A stretch of DNA of 64,000 nt from an uncultured Anaerolineales bacterium (GTDB lineage: Bacteria; Chloroflexota; Anaerolineae; Anaerolineales; E44-bin32): positions 16,980 to 80,979 of the forward strand of contig CBDAFF010000016.1 in the NCBI GenBank assembly GCA_965195195.1, in the 5' to 3' direction. This document shows, piece after piece, positions 10,166-20,779 of the stretch (position 1 is the first letter of the stretch; every line of letters begins with the position of its first letter). The translations under genes were made by a program, and so were the position numbers. The notes beneath the pieces were generated by a model, which made no database searches, was not told the DNA's origin, and saw only the letters and a list, made by a program, of their open reading frames with translations.

Positions 10166-10174
10166 CGCTCAACC

Positions 10175-11965
10175 TCACGTAATGGGAACGGTCTCTTCAG
10201 TAAAACATTCCAGAATATCGCCCTCTTTGAAGGACTCGAAACCCTTCAAGCCAATACCGCACTCGAAGCCGTTACGAATTTCCCGAACGTCGTCCTTCTC
10301 ATGCCTGAGAGAGGAGATAGGGCCATTGAAAAGCTCCTCCTCCTCGCGCAGAACCAACATACGTCCACTGCGTTGAATTTCCCCTTCTGTGACAATACAG
10401 CCGGCGATATTACCTAGCTTGGGTATTCGGAAAACCGCACGCACGCGCGCTTTGCCAAGCACAACCCTGCGCGTCTCAGGTTCCAACATTCCCTTGAGCG
10501 CCAGCTCAATGTCCTCTGTAAGGCGGTAGATAATATCGTATACGCGGATATCCACATCTTCCAGATCGGCACAATTCTTTGCGACTTGATCGGCGGTCAC
10601 GTTAAACCCGATAACGATTCCTTGGGATGCCGCGGCGAGCATGACATCGTTTTCACTGATGTTACCAGTGCCAGCATGGAGGATGTTCACCTTAATTTCA
10701 CCTGCGCTAAGTTTTTCAAGTGAATTGACGATCGGTTCAAGAGACCCCTGAACATCGGCTTTGACGACAAGCCGTAGTTCCTTAACCTCTCCTGCCTTAT
10801 ACGCCGCGAAGAGCTGCTCAAGCGACTGCGCCTTTGAAGTCCCGCGGGAGCGCTCTCGCTGCTCGATCTTTCGCTCCTCAACAATGATGCGCGCCTCGCG
10901 CTCACTCTCAACGACCGTGAAGAGTTCTCCAGCGAGCGGTACATCTGAGAGCCCCATGACGGATACTGGTTGCGATGGCCTGGCGACCTTAATCGGCTTC
11001 CCCTGGAAATCGAACATCGCCCGGATTTTCCCGCAGGACGTGCCCACCAAGATGGCATCTCCAATGCGCAGGGTTCCATTTTGAACCAGGAACGTTGCTA
11101 CGGCGCCCTTGGCTTTATCCAACTCGGCTTCAATCACCGTTCCAATGACTTTCCCTGAGGGATTGGCTTTAATTTCCGTGGAGTCAGCGACGAGATTGAT
11201 CGCTTCAAGCAGGTCATCCAGCCCGTCCTTTTCCTTGGCCGAAACGGGAACAACCATCGTTTCGCCTTCCCAGTCATCTGGAATAAGCCCGATGTCAGAT
11301 AACTCCTGTTTGACTTTATCCGGATTTGAGTTGGGACGATCGATTTTATTAAGGGCGACGATGATCGGCACACGAGCAGCTTGTATATGCGCCAGCGCTT
11401 CACGCGTCTGAGGCATTACGCCATCATCCGCGGCGACAACCAGCACAGCGATGTCAGCCCCTTTAGCCCCCCGTGCGCGCATAGCCGTGAAAGCGGCATG
11501 TCCGGGTGTGTCCAGAAATGTGATTAACCGCTCATTATGTTCAACTTGATAGGCAGAGATGCGCTGGGTGATGCCTCCAGCCTCCCCCTCGGCGACATTC
11601 GTCAAACGAATGGCATCCAGCAGTGTAGTCTTGCCGTGGTCAACATGCCCCAACACTGTTACCACCGGCGGTCGTTCCTTTAACGTTTTTGGATCTTCTT
11701 CTTCGATCAACTGTCTCCAGAGCGGCAGCTCGCCCGCTTCTTCAAGTTCGTCTTCAACTGCGGCAAGATGTTCCGCTTCAAAACCGAACTCAGCGATCAC
11801 GATCGCCGCCGTATCGAAATCTACTTGCTGGTTGATATTCGCCATCACACCATTCGCCATCAACTGCTTGATGACTTCGATCGGGCTGACATCAATCATT
11901 TCAGCCAGTTCGCGCACTGTAACTGTTGATGGGATTTCTACGATCTTTGCACCATTCTCGCTCAT
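10175..11965 (-). CDS. infB: Translation initiation factor IF-2 (short form)
   Basis: The G domain carries [17 protein letters not shown] and NKID. I moved the start to ATG 11965, which is preceded by GGAGGTG. The track ORF extends to 11998. Confidence 0.95.
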   Translation of the reverse strand: MSENGAKIVEIPSTVTVRELAEMIDVSPIEVIKQLMANGVMANINQQVDFDTAAIVIAEFGFEAEHLAAVEDELEEAGELPLWRQLIEEEDPKTLKERPPVVTVLGHVDHGKTTLLDAIRLTNVAEGEAGGITQRISAYQVEHNERLITFLDTPGHAAFTAMRARGAKGADIAVLVVAADDGVMPQTREALAHIQAARVPIIVALNKIDRPNSNPDKVKQELSDIGLIPDDWEGETMVVPVSAKEKDGLDDLLEAINLVADSTEIKANPSGKVIGTVIEAELDKAKGAVATFLVQNGTLRIGDAILVGTSCGKIRAMFDFQGKPIKVARPSQPVSVMGLSDVPLAGELFTVVESEREARIIVEERKIEQRERSRGTSKAQSLEQLFAAYKAGEVKELRLVVKADVQGSLEPIVNSLEKLSAGEIKVNILHAGTGNISENDVMLAAASQGIVIGFNVTADQVAKNCADLEDVDIRVYDIIYRLTEDIELALKGMLEPETRRVVLGKARVRAVFRIPKLGNIAGCIVTEGEIQRSGRMLVLREEEELFNGPISSLRHEKDDVREIRNGFECGIGLKGFESFKEGDILECFTEETVPIT

Positions 11966-12080
11966 AAAGCACCTCCGGGTCGAGCACTCCGGCAGCACCG
12001 AGCGAGTTGGCCGGGGGAATTACAGGTGTTTCGGTGGTTCGGCCATTCCGTGCTCGGCGCGGACAGCGAAAGCTTTCGCT

Positions 12081-12377
12081 TCAGCCATTCTGCTCGTCTG
12101 TCAGACTGTTCATGTACGCTTCTAACTCCTGGTGAGCCTCGTCCGTCAATTCTACTTTTAGTGATCGGGGTAAGGATCCTTGCAGAGCCTTCTCCCAGCA
12201 TGATCGCAGATCATGCACGTAGGCCCCTCGCCCGGGAGCTTTTCCTGTTAGGTCGATTCTTACGCCATCTTGCCCGTGTACAACACGTATCAAGGACCGT
12301 TTCGCTAAGATCTGCCGGCAGCCAACACACGTGCGTTGGGGTTCATGCTTTCGTCGCCGCGATCTACGTGGTGACAT
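12081..12377 (-). CDS. ylxR: YlxR/DUF448 family RNA-binding protein
   Basis: RTCVGCRQ...GRGAYV motifs are present, and the gene lies between nusA and infB. Confidence 0.8.
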   Translation of the reverse strand: MSPRRSRRRKHEPQRTCVGCRQILAKRSLIRVVHGQDGVRIDLTGKAPGRGAYVHDLRSCWEKALQGSLPRSLKVELTDEAHQELEAYMNSLTDEQNG

Positions 12378-12417
12378 TCATCGACCGTCGCATTGCCCAC
12401 CTGAAATCAATAGTGGT

Positions 12418-14295
12418 CTAATAATCCCCTTTATCCCATGCATCCTCGTCGCGCTTCCTGCGCCTGCGCACGACTACCTCACCAATATCTGGATCAAATT
12501 CCATAATCCGTGATTGTTCCTTGCGGCGCTGCTTGCTTTCGGCGGAGTCCTTACTAAACTCATCTTCGCTTAGCTCGGGGGCTTTGATCGACTCCCCGAG
12601 TTTCTCGGCCAACTCTTCGACGGCATCGGCGATGATCTCTTCCACTTCCCCTTCAGCCTCGTCCTCGATAACTGGAGCTTCAGCTTCTGTGGTAATTTCC
12701 ACATCGACAGCCTCTTCGGCTTCAAGAACAGCTGCGGGCTCTCCTTCAACTTCCTCTGCAACTACTTCTTCAGCGACATCTTCAATCTCTACAACCGGCT
12801 CGGGGTATGTGTAAGAATTGAGGGTTTCAGCGATCTCGATCATCGCCTTTGGTCCGATACCCGGCAATCCTAAGATAGCATCTGCGTCCATCCCCAATTT
12901 CTGTAGTACCTGCCCTGCGGTCTTGTAGCCTGCCTCGATGAGTAGGTTTTGCACTCGTGTCGATAGTTTTACCTCAGTGAGTTCAACTTCGAAGGCTGTC
13001 TCAGGGAATGAAGCTCGCACTTCGGCTAGCTTCTCGAGTTCAAGTTGCTTGCGGGCATTCCGGCGCGACTCGATCTCGCTCTGTACACGGTCGACGAAGG
13101 ATGTTAACGTCTGGTATTCCTCAGGTGTGATCGGACGCCCCTCTTCCTTCTTGGAAAGAATCGCCTCGACCTGCAATACTGTCTCAGCTTGCTCTTCAGC
13201 CACTTCGGCGAAGGAAGAATCCGTAGTGAGAAGCATTAAGGACTCAACTGCAGTCTCAGGCAAGCTCTTGATATCAATGCGCCAGCCGGTCAGCTTTGCA
13301 CCCAAGCGAGCATTCACGCCGGCACGGCCGATCGCCAAACTGAGTTGATCCTCCGGAACGACTACGATCGCCGTTTTGCCTCGATCAAACTCCTCACTGA
13401 GATACACGCCAGAAACGCGGGCTGGTGCGAGTGCCTTGGCCACAAATGTGGCCGTGTCTGGATGCCACTCGATCACGTCGATCTTTTCATCGCTCAGATC
13501 ACGTACGATGGATTGGATGCGCACACCACGCATACCGACACATGCGCCGACAGGGTCCACGCCCTCGCGAAGCGCAGCTACGGCAACCTTCGCACGCTTT
13601 CCCGCCTCGCGGGCGATTGATTTAATCTCCACCAAACCCTGATTAATCTCTGGTACTTCCATCTCCAGCAGCCGCCGCAGCATGTGCGGGTGGGTGCGGG
13701 AAACAACGATTACCGGTCCACGCGGTGACCTGCGCACCTCAAGAACATAGGTGCGAATGCGGTCACGTACACGGAAATGTTCGCCGGGGATTTGCTGATT
13801 GCGCGGCAGAATCGCCTCCGCTCGCCCCAGGCCAACCGTCACGGATTGTGGTGTGACCGAGTGCACCGTACCGTGCACGAGGTCACCCTCGCGCTCGACA
13901 TACTCTTCGTACTGGGCCTCTCGCTCGGCCTCTCGCAGACGCTGCAGGATTACCTGCTTCGCCGTTTGGGCTGCGACACGACCGAAGTCTTTTGGTGTGG
14001 ATTCGACCATCACCATATCACCGAGTTCTGCTTCCGGGTCGAAGTTCTTAGCAATCTCGAGGACGACTTCGGTCTGTTCGTTCTCGACACCCTCGACAGC
14101 TTCCTTCTCTACGAAGATTTCTATGCCGCCGCTCTCGGGCAAGATCTTGACCTCAACGTTTTGTGCGCTGGAGGCGTTGACGGACCGCCGATAAGCGGAA
14201 ATCATCGCCGCTTCTAGCGCCTCCATCACTGTCTCGGGTGGAAGGCTGAAGCGCTCGGTAATTTCATTGAATGCTAGTGCAAACTCACTCTTCAT
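12418..14295 (-). CDS. nusA: Transcription termination/antitermination factor NusA, with a long acidic C-terminal extension
   Basis: It has an S1 domain (GDLVHGTVHSV), two KH domains (GACVGMRGVRIQ, AIGRAGVNARL) and an HhH (LPGIGPKA). These are followed by a Glu/Val/Ala-rich tail ending RRRRKRDEDAWDKGDY. Confidence 0.92.
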   Translation of the reverse strand: MKSEFALAFNEITERFSLPPETVMEALEAAMISAYRRSVNASSAQNVEVKILPESGGIEIFVEKEAVEGVENEQTEVVLEIAKNFDPEAELGDMVMVESTPKDFGRVAAQTAKQVILQRLREAEREAQYEEYVEREGDLVHGTVHSVTPQSVTVGLGRAEAILPRNQQIPGEHFRVRDRIRTYVLEVRRSPRGPVIVVSRTHPHMLRRLLEMEVPEINQGLVEIKSIAREAGKRAKVAVAALREGVDPVGACVGMRGVRIQSIVRDLSDEKIDVIEWHPDTATFVAKALAPARVSGVYLSEEFDRGKTAIVVVPEDQLSLAIGRAGVNARLGAKLTGWRIDIKSLPETAVESLMLLTTDSSFAEVAEEQAETVLQVEAILSKKEEGRPITPEEYQTLTSFVDRVQSEIESRRNARKQLELEKLAEVRASFPETAFEVELTEVKLSTRVQNLLIEAGYKTAGQVLQKLGMDADAILGLPGIGPKAMIEIAETLNSYTYPEPVVEIEDVAEEVVAEEVEGEPAAVLEAEEAVDVEITTEAEAPVIEDEAEGEVEEIIADAVEELAEKLGESIKAPELSEDEFSKDSAESKQRRKEQSRIMEFDPDIGEVVVRRRRKRDEDAWDKGDY

Positions 14296-14512
14296 TTCTC
14301 TTCTTTCCTTGGTGGTTGTTCTAAGTCTATTTTATACGCAGAAAAGTGGGGGAAACCCACTTTCCAGAACCACCGCTCTCTCAAAAGTCGTACGGTTGGA
14401 TTCTAGCACATGCAGGAGGGAGGAGCAAGAGTACGGATAAAGAAATTGTTGTTTCGATTGTCAGGCAACATTGAAGGTGGGGAAAAAGCAATTGCATTGA
14501 TTGATCAAGGTC

Positions 14513-16111
14513 TTATTCACTGAGCAGGTCCGTTAGAATTTCTTCATTAAAGGGATCCTGACCTCGCGTTAGCGCCTCAATCCAGACCTGCCGTGAAGGT
14601 GCAAGCTGGGCAAACCCATCTGCATCATTAGCGACAAGATATTCCAAGAATATTTGAAGATCTTTGATAGCCTCTTCAGTACGACCGAGCAAAGCCAGAG
14701 CTATTCCGCGGTTGCCCCTCCTCCTTCCCGATGGGTCAGATGCGATAGCCTTGTCACAATGCGCGATCGCCTCCTGTGGATTCTCGACCAGACTGTAATA
14801 CCTGCATAGTGCATCCTGGATATACACGGCTTCCGGATCGAGGTCCTCGGCTTGTTCAAGCATATCCAGAGTTTCACCAATTTTGGAGGGGTCTTGCCAT
14901 AATATCGTTAATGCCAAATGGTATTTGGCTACAGCGAAATTCGGATCGGCACGTGCTGCTTCACGGAAGTCTTTCTCTGCACGGGATAGGTCGCCGTCTG
15001 CCGACCGCTCAAGATAGGCTATTCCTCGATTGTTCAACGCCTGAACAAGGTTTGGACGAAGAACGATCGCCTCTGTATAGTAAGCGATCACTTTATCAAC
15101 ATCTGGTGTTTCCTTCCTGCTTTCGATCATTGCGAGAAATTGGTATACCGTAGCGGCATTCCCTGGATACTCCGGTAGGTCTTCTAACGTCCTCAGGAAA
15201 ACCACTTCAGCCTGCTCCTCACGACCAGACCAGTAGTGAGCCTGTCCAAGGACATATAGCGCAATCCACTGCACTTCATTTGGGAGATCAGTGTTTACTG
15301 TAGCACTCAACTCTTCAGCCGACATAAAATTCCAGCGCCGTTCGAGACTGCCTACTCGATCATCGGAAGAAGGGCTCGTTACAAACGCGATCACTCTTCC
15401 ACTGTCGTACTCACCCCACACCACGATATCAGCGCCAAGCTCCCTGCCGATTTCAATTGCTCTCACCTCGTCCGTAACGATCTCTGATATCTTTTTAACA
15501 CTGACATTGCCAATATCTGCATTTTCAAATTCCTTATACAACGCTTCCTCAAGCCTGCTCGCGATGTTATATCCAACCTGCCCGCCGCCGTAATTTGCGA
15601 ACTCGCTCACGACCACGAGTGTGTCGCTTGCTTCTGAATCGTAACGCCTGGTGAGATCAAAAAGCCCGGTTGATTCACTCCACACACCACTCACACCCAG
15701 AGTCACGATAGTTAATAATAATCCTGCAGATACAGCTGTGATCCACGTAATTTTCCTGCCATCCATGCCCTTCCTGAACCAGCCCTTTTCCTTTCCGGCG
15801 CCTGGAGATCGTAATTGTTCTCTGCCTACTCGCGGCTCGAAATCTTCTTCCGTTCCAATCACACCATTGATGCCCTGATCAGGTGGAAAACCAGCGGCGA
15901 CCAATAAATGGTCGCGCTCTTCTGGTTCCAAGCGAAGCGCGTCGGCAAGTCTGACCACATCTTCAATGTGACGTGGTCGCTGTGTTTCTCCCTCGCGCCA
16001 CCTGAAGACTGTTTGCCTGCTTATGCCCAACCGACGAGCTAATTCGGCGTCACTAATACCGGCTCGCTCGGCGAACATTGATAGCAATTCAGAAAATGAT
16101 CCCATGGTCAT
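14513..16111 (-). CDS. XRE-type HTH + transmembrane segment + TPR-repeat protein
   Basis: The HTH is LARRLGISRQTVFRWREG. One hydrophobic span follows (ITWITAVSAGLLLTIVTLGV), then C-terminal TPR-like repeats. I set the start at ATG 16111; the track ORF runs to 16210. Confidence 0.7.
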   Translation of the reverse strand: MTMGSFSELLSMFAERAGISDAELARRLGISRQTVFRWREGETQRPRHIEDVVRLADALRLEPEERDHLLVAAGFPPDQGINGVIGTEEDFEPRVGREQLRSPGAGKEKGWFRKGMDGRKITWITAVSAGLLLTIVTLGVSGVWSESTGLFDLTRRYDSEASDTLVVVSEFANYGGGQVGYNIASRLEEALYKEFENADIGNVSVKKISEIVTDEVRAIEIGRELGADIVVWGEYDSGRVIAFVTSPSSDDRVGSLERRWNFMSAEELSATVNTDLPNEVQWIALYVLGQAHYWSGREEQAEVVFLRTLEDLPEYPGNAATVYQFLAMIESRKETPDVDKVIAYYTEAIVLRPNLVQALNNRGIAYLERSADGDLSRAEKDFREAARADPNFAVAKYHLALTILWQDPSKIGETLDMLEQAEDLDPEAVYIQDALCRYYSLVENPQEAIAHCDKAIASDPSGRRRGNRGIALALLGRTEEAIKDLQIFLEYLVANDADGFAQLAPSRQVWIEALTRGQDPFNEEILTDLLSE

Positions 16112-16231
16112 CCCATCACCGGTTGCGTGCGGTGTTGCATTCAATGTAACACAACTGATGCTTGAAGTGTACCGGCTCCGAGAAAGAATAGGAACAGGTA
16201 ATTTGGCCACATATCAGTCAAGGAGGTTCCA

Positions 16232-17728
16232 ATGTTCAAACGAATATCCCAACCCAATCTGTTCCTGGCGATCATCCTGGTCGCAACCCTCATAAGTGGA
16301 TGTGGCGCCGCGACGGATGCTTCTAAATCCATAAGCCGCGGAGCGATCAACCGAGGGGTCATCGTCCAAGCAGAATCTGTACGCGTCAACGAATATCTGA
16401 ATTACTACGAACAGCGATTCCCCGAGCCCGTCAATCAGCCCTTGGGCTTGGACTTACGCCTCGGGAATACACACCTACCTACGAGCGGTGGAGAGATCTG
16501 GCTGCAAATCGGTCTTCAGGCGCAGCATGCGGAGCCGGAGAGCAGAACACCATTGAATCTCGCCCTCGTGCTCGACGTCAGTGGCTCGATGAGTTCATCT
16601 GACAAGATGCCTTACCTCAAACAATCCCTGATGGTCTTTCTGGGCTCACTCCACCCCGATGACATTGTCGCCATCGTAGCCTACAGCGATGATGCGTGGT
16701 TAATCCGTCCAGCCCAGGAAGTGGGAAGTGGAGATTGGATACGACAAACCGTTGAGAAATTGCGTCCTGGCGGATCCACAAATCTCCACGCAGGCATGAT
16801 GCTCGGTCTGGAGCAAGTGGACGAGAACTTCGATATCCGCTTCAGTAACCGGGTCATCCTACTCACTGACGGGATCGCCAATGAAGGCGTCACGAGCGCC
16901 GACCGCATCGCTGCCGATGCCCTGGCCTACAATAATCAGGGGATCCACTTATCCACTATCGGCCTCGGATATGACCTGAACGATCATTTGCTTAGCACAC
17001 TGGCGCGGCAGGGAAAGGGCGCCTACCACTTCGTCGACTCCGCGCAAGAGATGGAGAAGGTTTTCATGCAAGAAGTTGAAGGCTTGGTGGAGAAGGTCGC
17101 CGCGGACGTCCGGGTAAGCATCCGCCCTACCTGGGGAGTTCAACTGGTTTCCATTACCGGGTTTGACGGTCACATCCCTGCCGATGGCGCCCAGGTTCTG
17201 CTCCAGGATATGGGTGCTGGAGACAGCCAGGTTATCATGGTACGGTTTGATGGCCAATCGGGCTCGATGGGTTCTATGACCATCGCTGAAGTCACACTTC
17301 AATACATGGACGTCTTCGCACAAAAGCCGCGGGAGATCTATGAAGCGGTTACCATGCGCGTCGTAGAAGATGGGCGTTATAACCCCCTCGAAGATATTGA
17401 GGTCTGCCGCAATGCAACGATCGTAAAATCTGCAGAGGCGCTCAAAACCATCAGCGACCTCGTGGATAACGGACGTTTCTTGGATGCCTGGCAGCTTGCA
17501 TATGACATCGAAACAGAATTGCGACGTGTCTCTACAGTTACCGGCGATGCTCAAATGGTGCAGGACGCCGATCTATTTCAGCGTTATCTCATAACGCTTG
17601 TGACCTATCTCGGCTACGACCCGTCCGAAGCTCAACCCACACCATTACCTCTAGGTGAGCAGCCTCAGCGGTGGGGAGCAACACCGATTCCCTCAATGGA
17701 TGACCTTCCCACCATTGAAGTCCAGTGA
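16232..17728 (+). CDS. Lipoprotein with von Willebrand factor A domain (YfbK-like)
   Basis: AGGAGG SD. Lipobox LISGC. The N-terminal VNEYLNYYEQRFPEP motif and MIDAS DVSGSMSS...TDG are both present. Confidence 0.8.
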   Translation: MFKRISQPNLFLAIILVATLISGCGAATDASKSISRGAINRGVIVQAESVRVNEYLNYYEQRFPEPVNQPLGLDLRLGNTHLPTSGGEIWLQIGLQAQHAEPESRTPLNLALVLDVSGSMSSSDKMPYLKQSLMVFLGSLHPDDIVAIVAYSDDAWLIRPAQEVGSGDWIRQTVEKLRPGGSTNLHAGMMLGLEQVDENFDIRFSNRVILLTDGIANEGVTSADRIAADALAYNNQGIHLSTIGLGYDLNDHLLSTLARQGKGAYHFVDSAQEMEKVFMQEVEGLVEKVAADVRVSIRPTWGVQLVSITGFDGHIPADGAQVLLQDMGAGDSQVIMVRFDGQSGSMGSMTIAEVTLQYMDVFAQKPREIYEAVTMRVVEDGRYNPLEDIEVCRNATIVKSAEALKTISDLVDNGRFLDAWQLAYDIETELRRVSTVTGDAQMVQDADLFQRYLITLVTYLGYDPSEAQPTPLPLGEQPQRWGATPIPSMDDLPTIEVQ

Positions 17729-17751
17729 ATATCGTTGAAGTCAACGACAAC

Positions 17752-17781
17752 AGGTGCGCCCTTCTTCGAGAGGGCGCACCT
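17752..17781 (+). terminator. Hairpin terminator candidate after the VWA gene
   Basis: An 11-bp perfect stem AGGTGCGCCCT / AGGGCGCACCT has an 8-nt loop. The downstream T tract is weak (ATCATTTAT). Confidence 0.5.
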
Positions 17782-18081
17782 ATCATTTATACACTATCGG
17801 GTAGCACCTATTCGCTTAAGAAAGTCCTCCTGTTGTTCCACTCGACGATTTACCAACGATGGTAAATAATATTTGTCGAAGACCTATGCAAGCATCGCTG
17901 TGAATTATGCTGGCTCTACCTCAGTATCGACCGGCTGAATGGGCTTCGACTCGCCTTCGATCAGATATGCCCCATAATTCGAACACCTCACCAAATGAGC
18001 CACCTATTCTCATTTCATTTGACGCCCACTTGCGGCTCACTTATCATACCGGCGCCAGTTGAACCCTATTCGAGGTGAAGT

Positions 18082-20658
18082 ATGGAAGTTGGTTTGGTCA
18101 AGCAGATCGACATCAACGAAGAGATGCAGCAGTCCTATTTGGACTATGCCATGAGCGTAATCATCTCTCGCGCCCTGCCTGATGCACGCGATGGTTTCAA
18201 ACCCGTCCACCGGCGCATCTTGCACGCGATGAACGCCATGGGACTTCGACCAGATTCCCCACATCGCAAGTCGGCGCGCATCGTCGGTGAGGTGCTCGGG
18301 AAATTCCACCCGCACGGTGATATGGCTGTCTACGAGGCGATGGCGCGCATGGCGCAACCCTTCTCCATGCGCTACCCACTGGTAGAAGGGCAGGGCAACT
18401 TTGGTTCGGTCGATGGAGATCCACCCGCGGCCATGCGCTACACCGAAGCGCGGCTGACACCTATTGCGACCGAGATCATGGCCGATCTCGGCAAAGACAC
18501 CGTCGCCTTCGTCGACAACTTCGACGGATCAATGCGTGAGCCAACTGTGCTCCCTGCGATGGCGCCAAACATGCTCGTAAACGGCGCCACGGGCATCGCC
18601 GTGGGGATGTCCACTTCGATTCCACCACACAACATGGGTGAGGTATGCAACGCACTCATCCATTTGCTCGAGAACTGGTCAAAACTTGACGATATCAGCC
18701 TTGAAGATCTGATGAATTTCATCCCGGGGCCCGATTTTCCGACGGGTGGGATCATCGTGCGGAAATCCGACGATGTGGATCCACTGGTCTCAGCCTACGG
18801 CAGCGGACGCGGCAAACTCACGCTGCAAGCCCGCGTCCACATCGAGGATATGGGCCGCGGTCGCTCACGTATCATCGTCACCGAGCTGCCCTATCAAGTC
18901 AATAAAGCCAATCTGATCGAGCGCATCGCCGATATCGCCCGCGGCGGCGGGCTCGAGGGTCTGGCTGACCTACGCGACGAATCCGATCGTGACGGTATGC
19001 GCATCGTACTCGAACTTACCAAGACCGGCGCGCCTGAGAAGATCCTCGCCGAGCTTCATCGCCGAACGCCATTGCAGACAACTTTCAGCGTGATCATGCT
19101 TGCGTTGGTAGATGGTGAACCGCGGATGTTGAGCCTGAAACAGGCACTGCGAGTTTTCCTCGAGCACCGGTTAGAAGTCGTCAAACGCCGGAGCGAGCAC
19201 GACCTGGCTAGCGCCAAGGAGCGCGAACACATACTCACTGGCTTACGGATTGCTTTGAAAAATCTGGACGACGTTATCCAGACGATCCGGACCTCCAGAG
19301 ATCCCGACCAGGCGAGTCAGCGTCTTCAAAAGCGCCTGAAACTTTCTGCTACCCAGGCGCAGGCGATCCTAAATATGCCGCTGCGCAGACTCTCCAACCT
19401 CGAACGCAAGAGCATCGAGAAGGAGTACAAGGAGATCCTCGCCAAAATCAAAACCCTTGAGAGTCTCCTGCGTTCTCCGAAGAAGATGCGCAATTTAATC
19501 GCCGAGGAACTTGCTGAAATCAAGAATAGCTTCAGCGACCGTCGACGGACGATGATTGCCCAGACAACGAAAGGGAAACGTACGGCGGTTCTGGCCGCGG
19601 CGGATATCACCCCCGACAAAGACACCTGGGTGGTGGTTACCCCGTCCGGGATGATTTACCGCACACCAACTGCACGCCTGCCGAGTCTCTCCGGGCGCGG
19701 CGCCCCTGAGTTGGTCATCGGCGCTAACTCGCACGATCTACTCTATCTTTTCGACGCTCAAGGGCATGCGTCCGCCCTTCTTGTTCACACGCTGCCTGAG
19801 AGTGACGATTCCAGTAGGGCGAAGCAGATCTCTGGCGCTACAGCGTTTGACCTCGACTCCGCACTCATCGGCGGTATTGCCATCCCAGCCGATAAGGTCG
19901 GTCGGACGGATGGCGGTGGTTTCCTGTTCCTCACGACACGCAACGGCATGGTGAAAAAAACCAGCCTCGCCATCATGCCCGGCCCATCTGCGAAAACTTT
20001 CGAAGCAATCCGGGTCGGTGCCGGCGATGAACTCGGGTGGGCGGAATTGACTTCAGGGAATGACGACGTCCTGCTTGTGAGCACTGCGCGGATGGCCATC
20101 CGTTTCTCTGAGAAAGAGGTCCGCCCGATGGGACTCTCCGCTGCGGGCGTCCTCGGTATCCGGCTGGGTGGCACAGATGTGCAGGTCGTTGGAATGGGGG
20201 TCGTTCGACCCGATCAAGAACTGTTCTTGATTACGGAGGGAGGCCTGGCTAAACGCAGCGCGCTCAAACAATTCCCGCGTCAGGGCCGTCACGGCAAGGG
20301 AGTGCTCACCTGGAAATCCGGCGAAACCGCCAAAATCGTAGGGGCGGTGATTGGCGAGATTAAAGATCGCGCCGTCGTGCATTTCTCGCGCGGCGCTCCT
20401 CGCTCTCTGCGCTTCGGCGATGCCCCCAGGCGGGCGCGTGCTTCTTCCGGCAAGGTCATTTTCGATCTAGAGGGGAAGAACCGGGTACGACGGATCTCGC
20501 CATCGCTTCCTCGATCAACGATTTCACCGCAACCCGCCAAGAAAGCGAAAACCAAAAAATCAACATCGAAAACAGCAGCTAAGGGAAAGCCCTCGAAGAA
20601 AACTAATCCTTCGAAAAAAGCCGGGAAGGTAAAGCCTAAAAGCAGTAAGACTTCCTGA
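18082..20658 (+). CDS. gyrA: Type IIA topoisomerase subunit A (GyrA-like) with a Lys-rich C-terminal tail
   Basis: [29 protein letters not shown] and [10 protein letters not shown] (the active-site Tyr region) are present. A beta-pinwheel CTD is followed by a ~45-aa tail, [23 protein letters not shown].... Confidence 0.85.
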   Translation: MEVGLVKQIDINEEMQQSYLDYAMSVIISRALPDARDGFKPVHRRILHAMNAMGLRPDSPHRKSARIVGEVLGKFHPHGDMAVYEAMARMAQPFSMRYPLVEGQGNFGSVDGDPPAAMRYTEARLTPIATEIMADLGKDTVAFVDNFDGSMREPTVLPAMAPNMLVNGATGIAVGMSTSIPPHNMGEVCNALIHLLENWSKLDDISLEDLMNFIPGPDFPTGGIIVRKSDDVDPLVSAYGSGRGKLTLQARVHIEDMGRGRSRIIVTELPYQVNKANLIERIADIARGGGLEGLADLRDESDRDGMRIVLELTKTGAPEKILAELHRRTPLQTTFSVIMLALVDGEPRMLSLKQALRVFLEHRLEVVKRRSEHDLASAKEREHILTGLRIALKNLDDVIQTIRTSRDPDQASQRLQKRLKLSATQAQAILNMPLRRLSNLERKSIEKEYKEILAKIKTLESLLRSPKKMRNLIAEELAEIKNSFSDRRRTMIAQTTKGKRTAVLAAADITPDKDTWVVVTPSGMIYRTPTARLPSLSGRGAPELVIGANSHDLLYLFDAQGHASALLVHTLPESDDSSRAKQISGATAFDLDSALIGGIAIPADKVGRTDGGGFLFLTTRNGMVKKTSLAIMPGPSAKTFEAIRVGAGDELGWAELTSGNDDVLLVSTARMAIRFSEKEVRPMGLSAAGVLGIRLGGTDVQVVGMGVVRPDQELFLITEGGLAKRSALKQFPRQGRHGKGVLTWKSGETAKIVGAVIGEIKDRAVVHFSRGAPRSLRFGDAPRRARASSGKVIFDLEGKNRVRRISPSLPRSTISPQPAKKAKTKKSTSKTAAKGKPSKKTNPSKKAGKVKPKSSKTS

Positions 20659-20779
20659 GTCCATCGATTGTGGCTAGCGTCGATGGATTAAGGGGAAATG
20701 GGTGCACACATGAGTGCGCCAAGTCATCGGGCAGTCAATCATTCCGGGGAAACGTCAGATGGCCAGCGGCGCCGAGCCG

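Noticed and set aside
11559-12125. 188-aa plus-strand ORF, and similar ORFs at 9950-10417, 10761-11084 and 11109-11411
   Set aside because: All are antisense or off-frame within infB and rbfA. They are Ser/Ala/Arg-rich with no motifs.
12521-12814. 97-aa Ser-rich plus-strand ORF
   Set aside because: It is the antisense translation of the GAA/GAG-rich acidic tail of nusA, a low-complexity artefact.
16949-17554. 201-aa minus-strand ORF
   Set aside because: It lies entirely antisense within the well-supported VWA gene and has no motifs.
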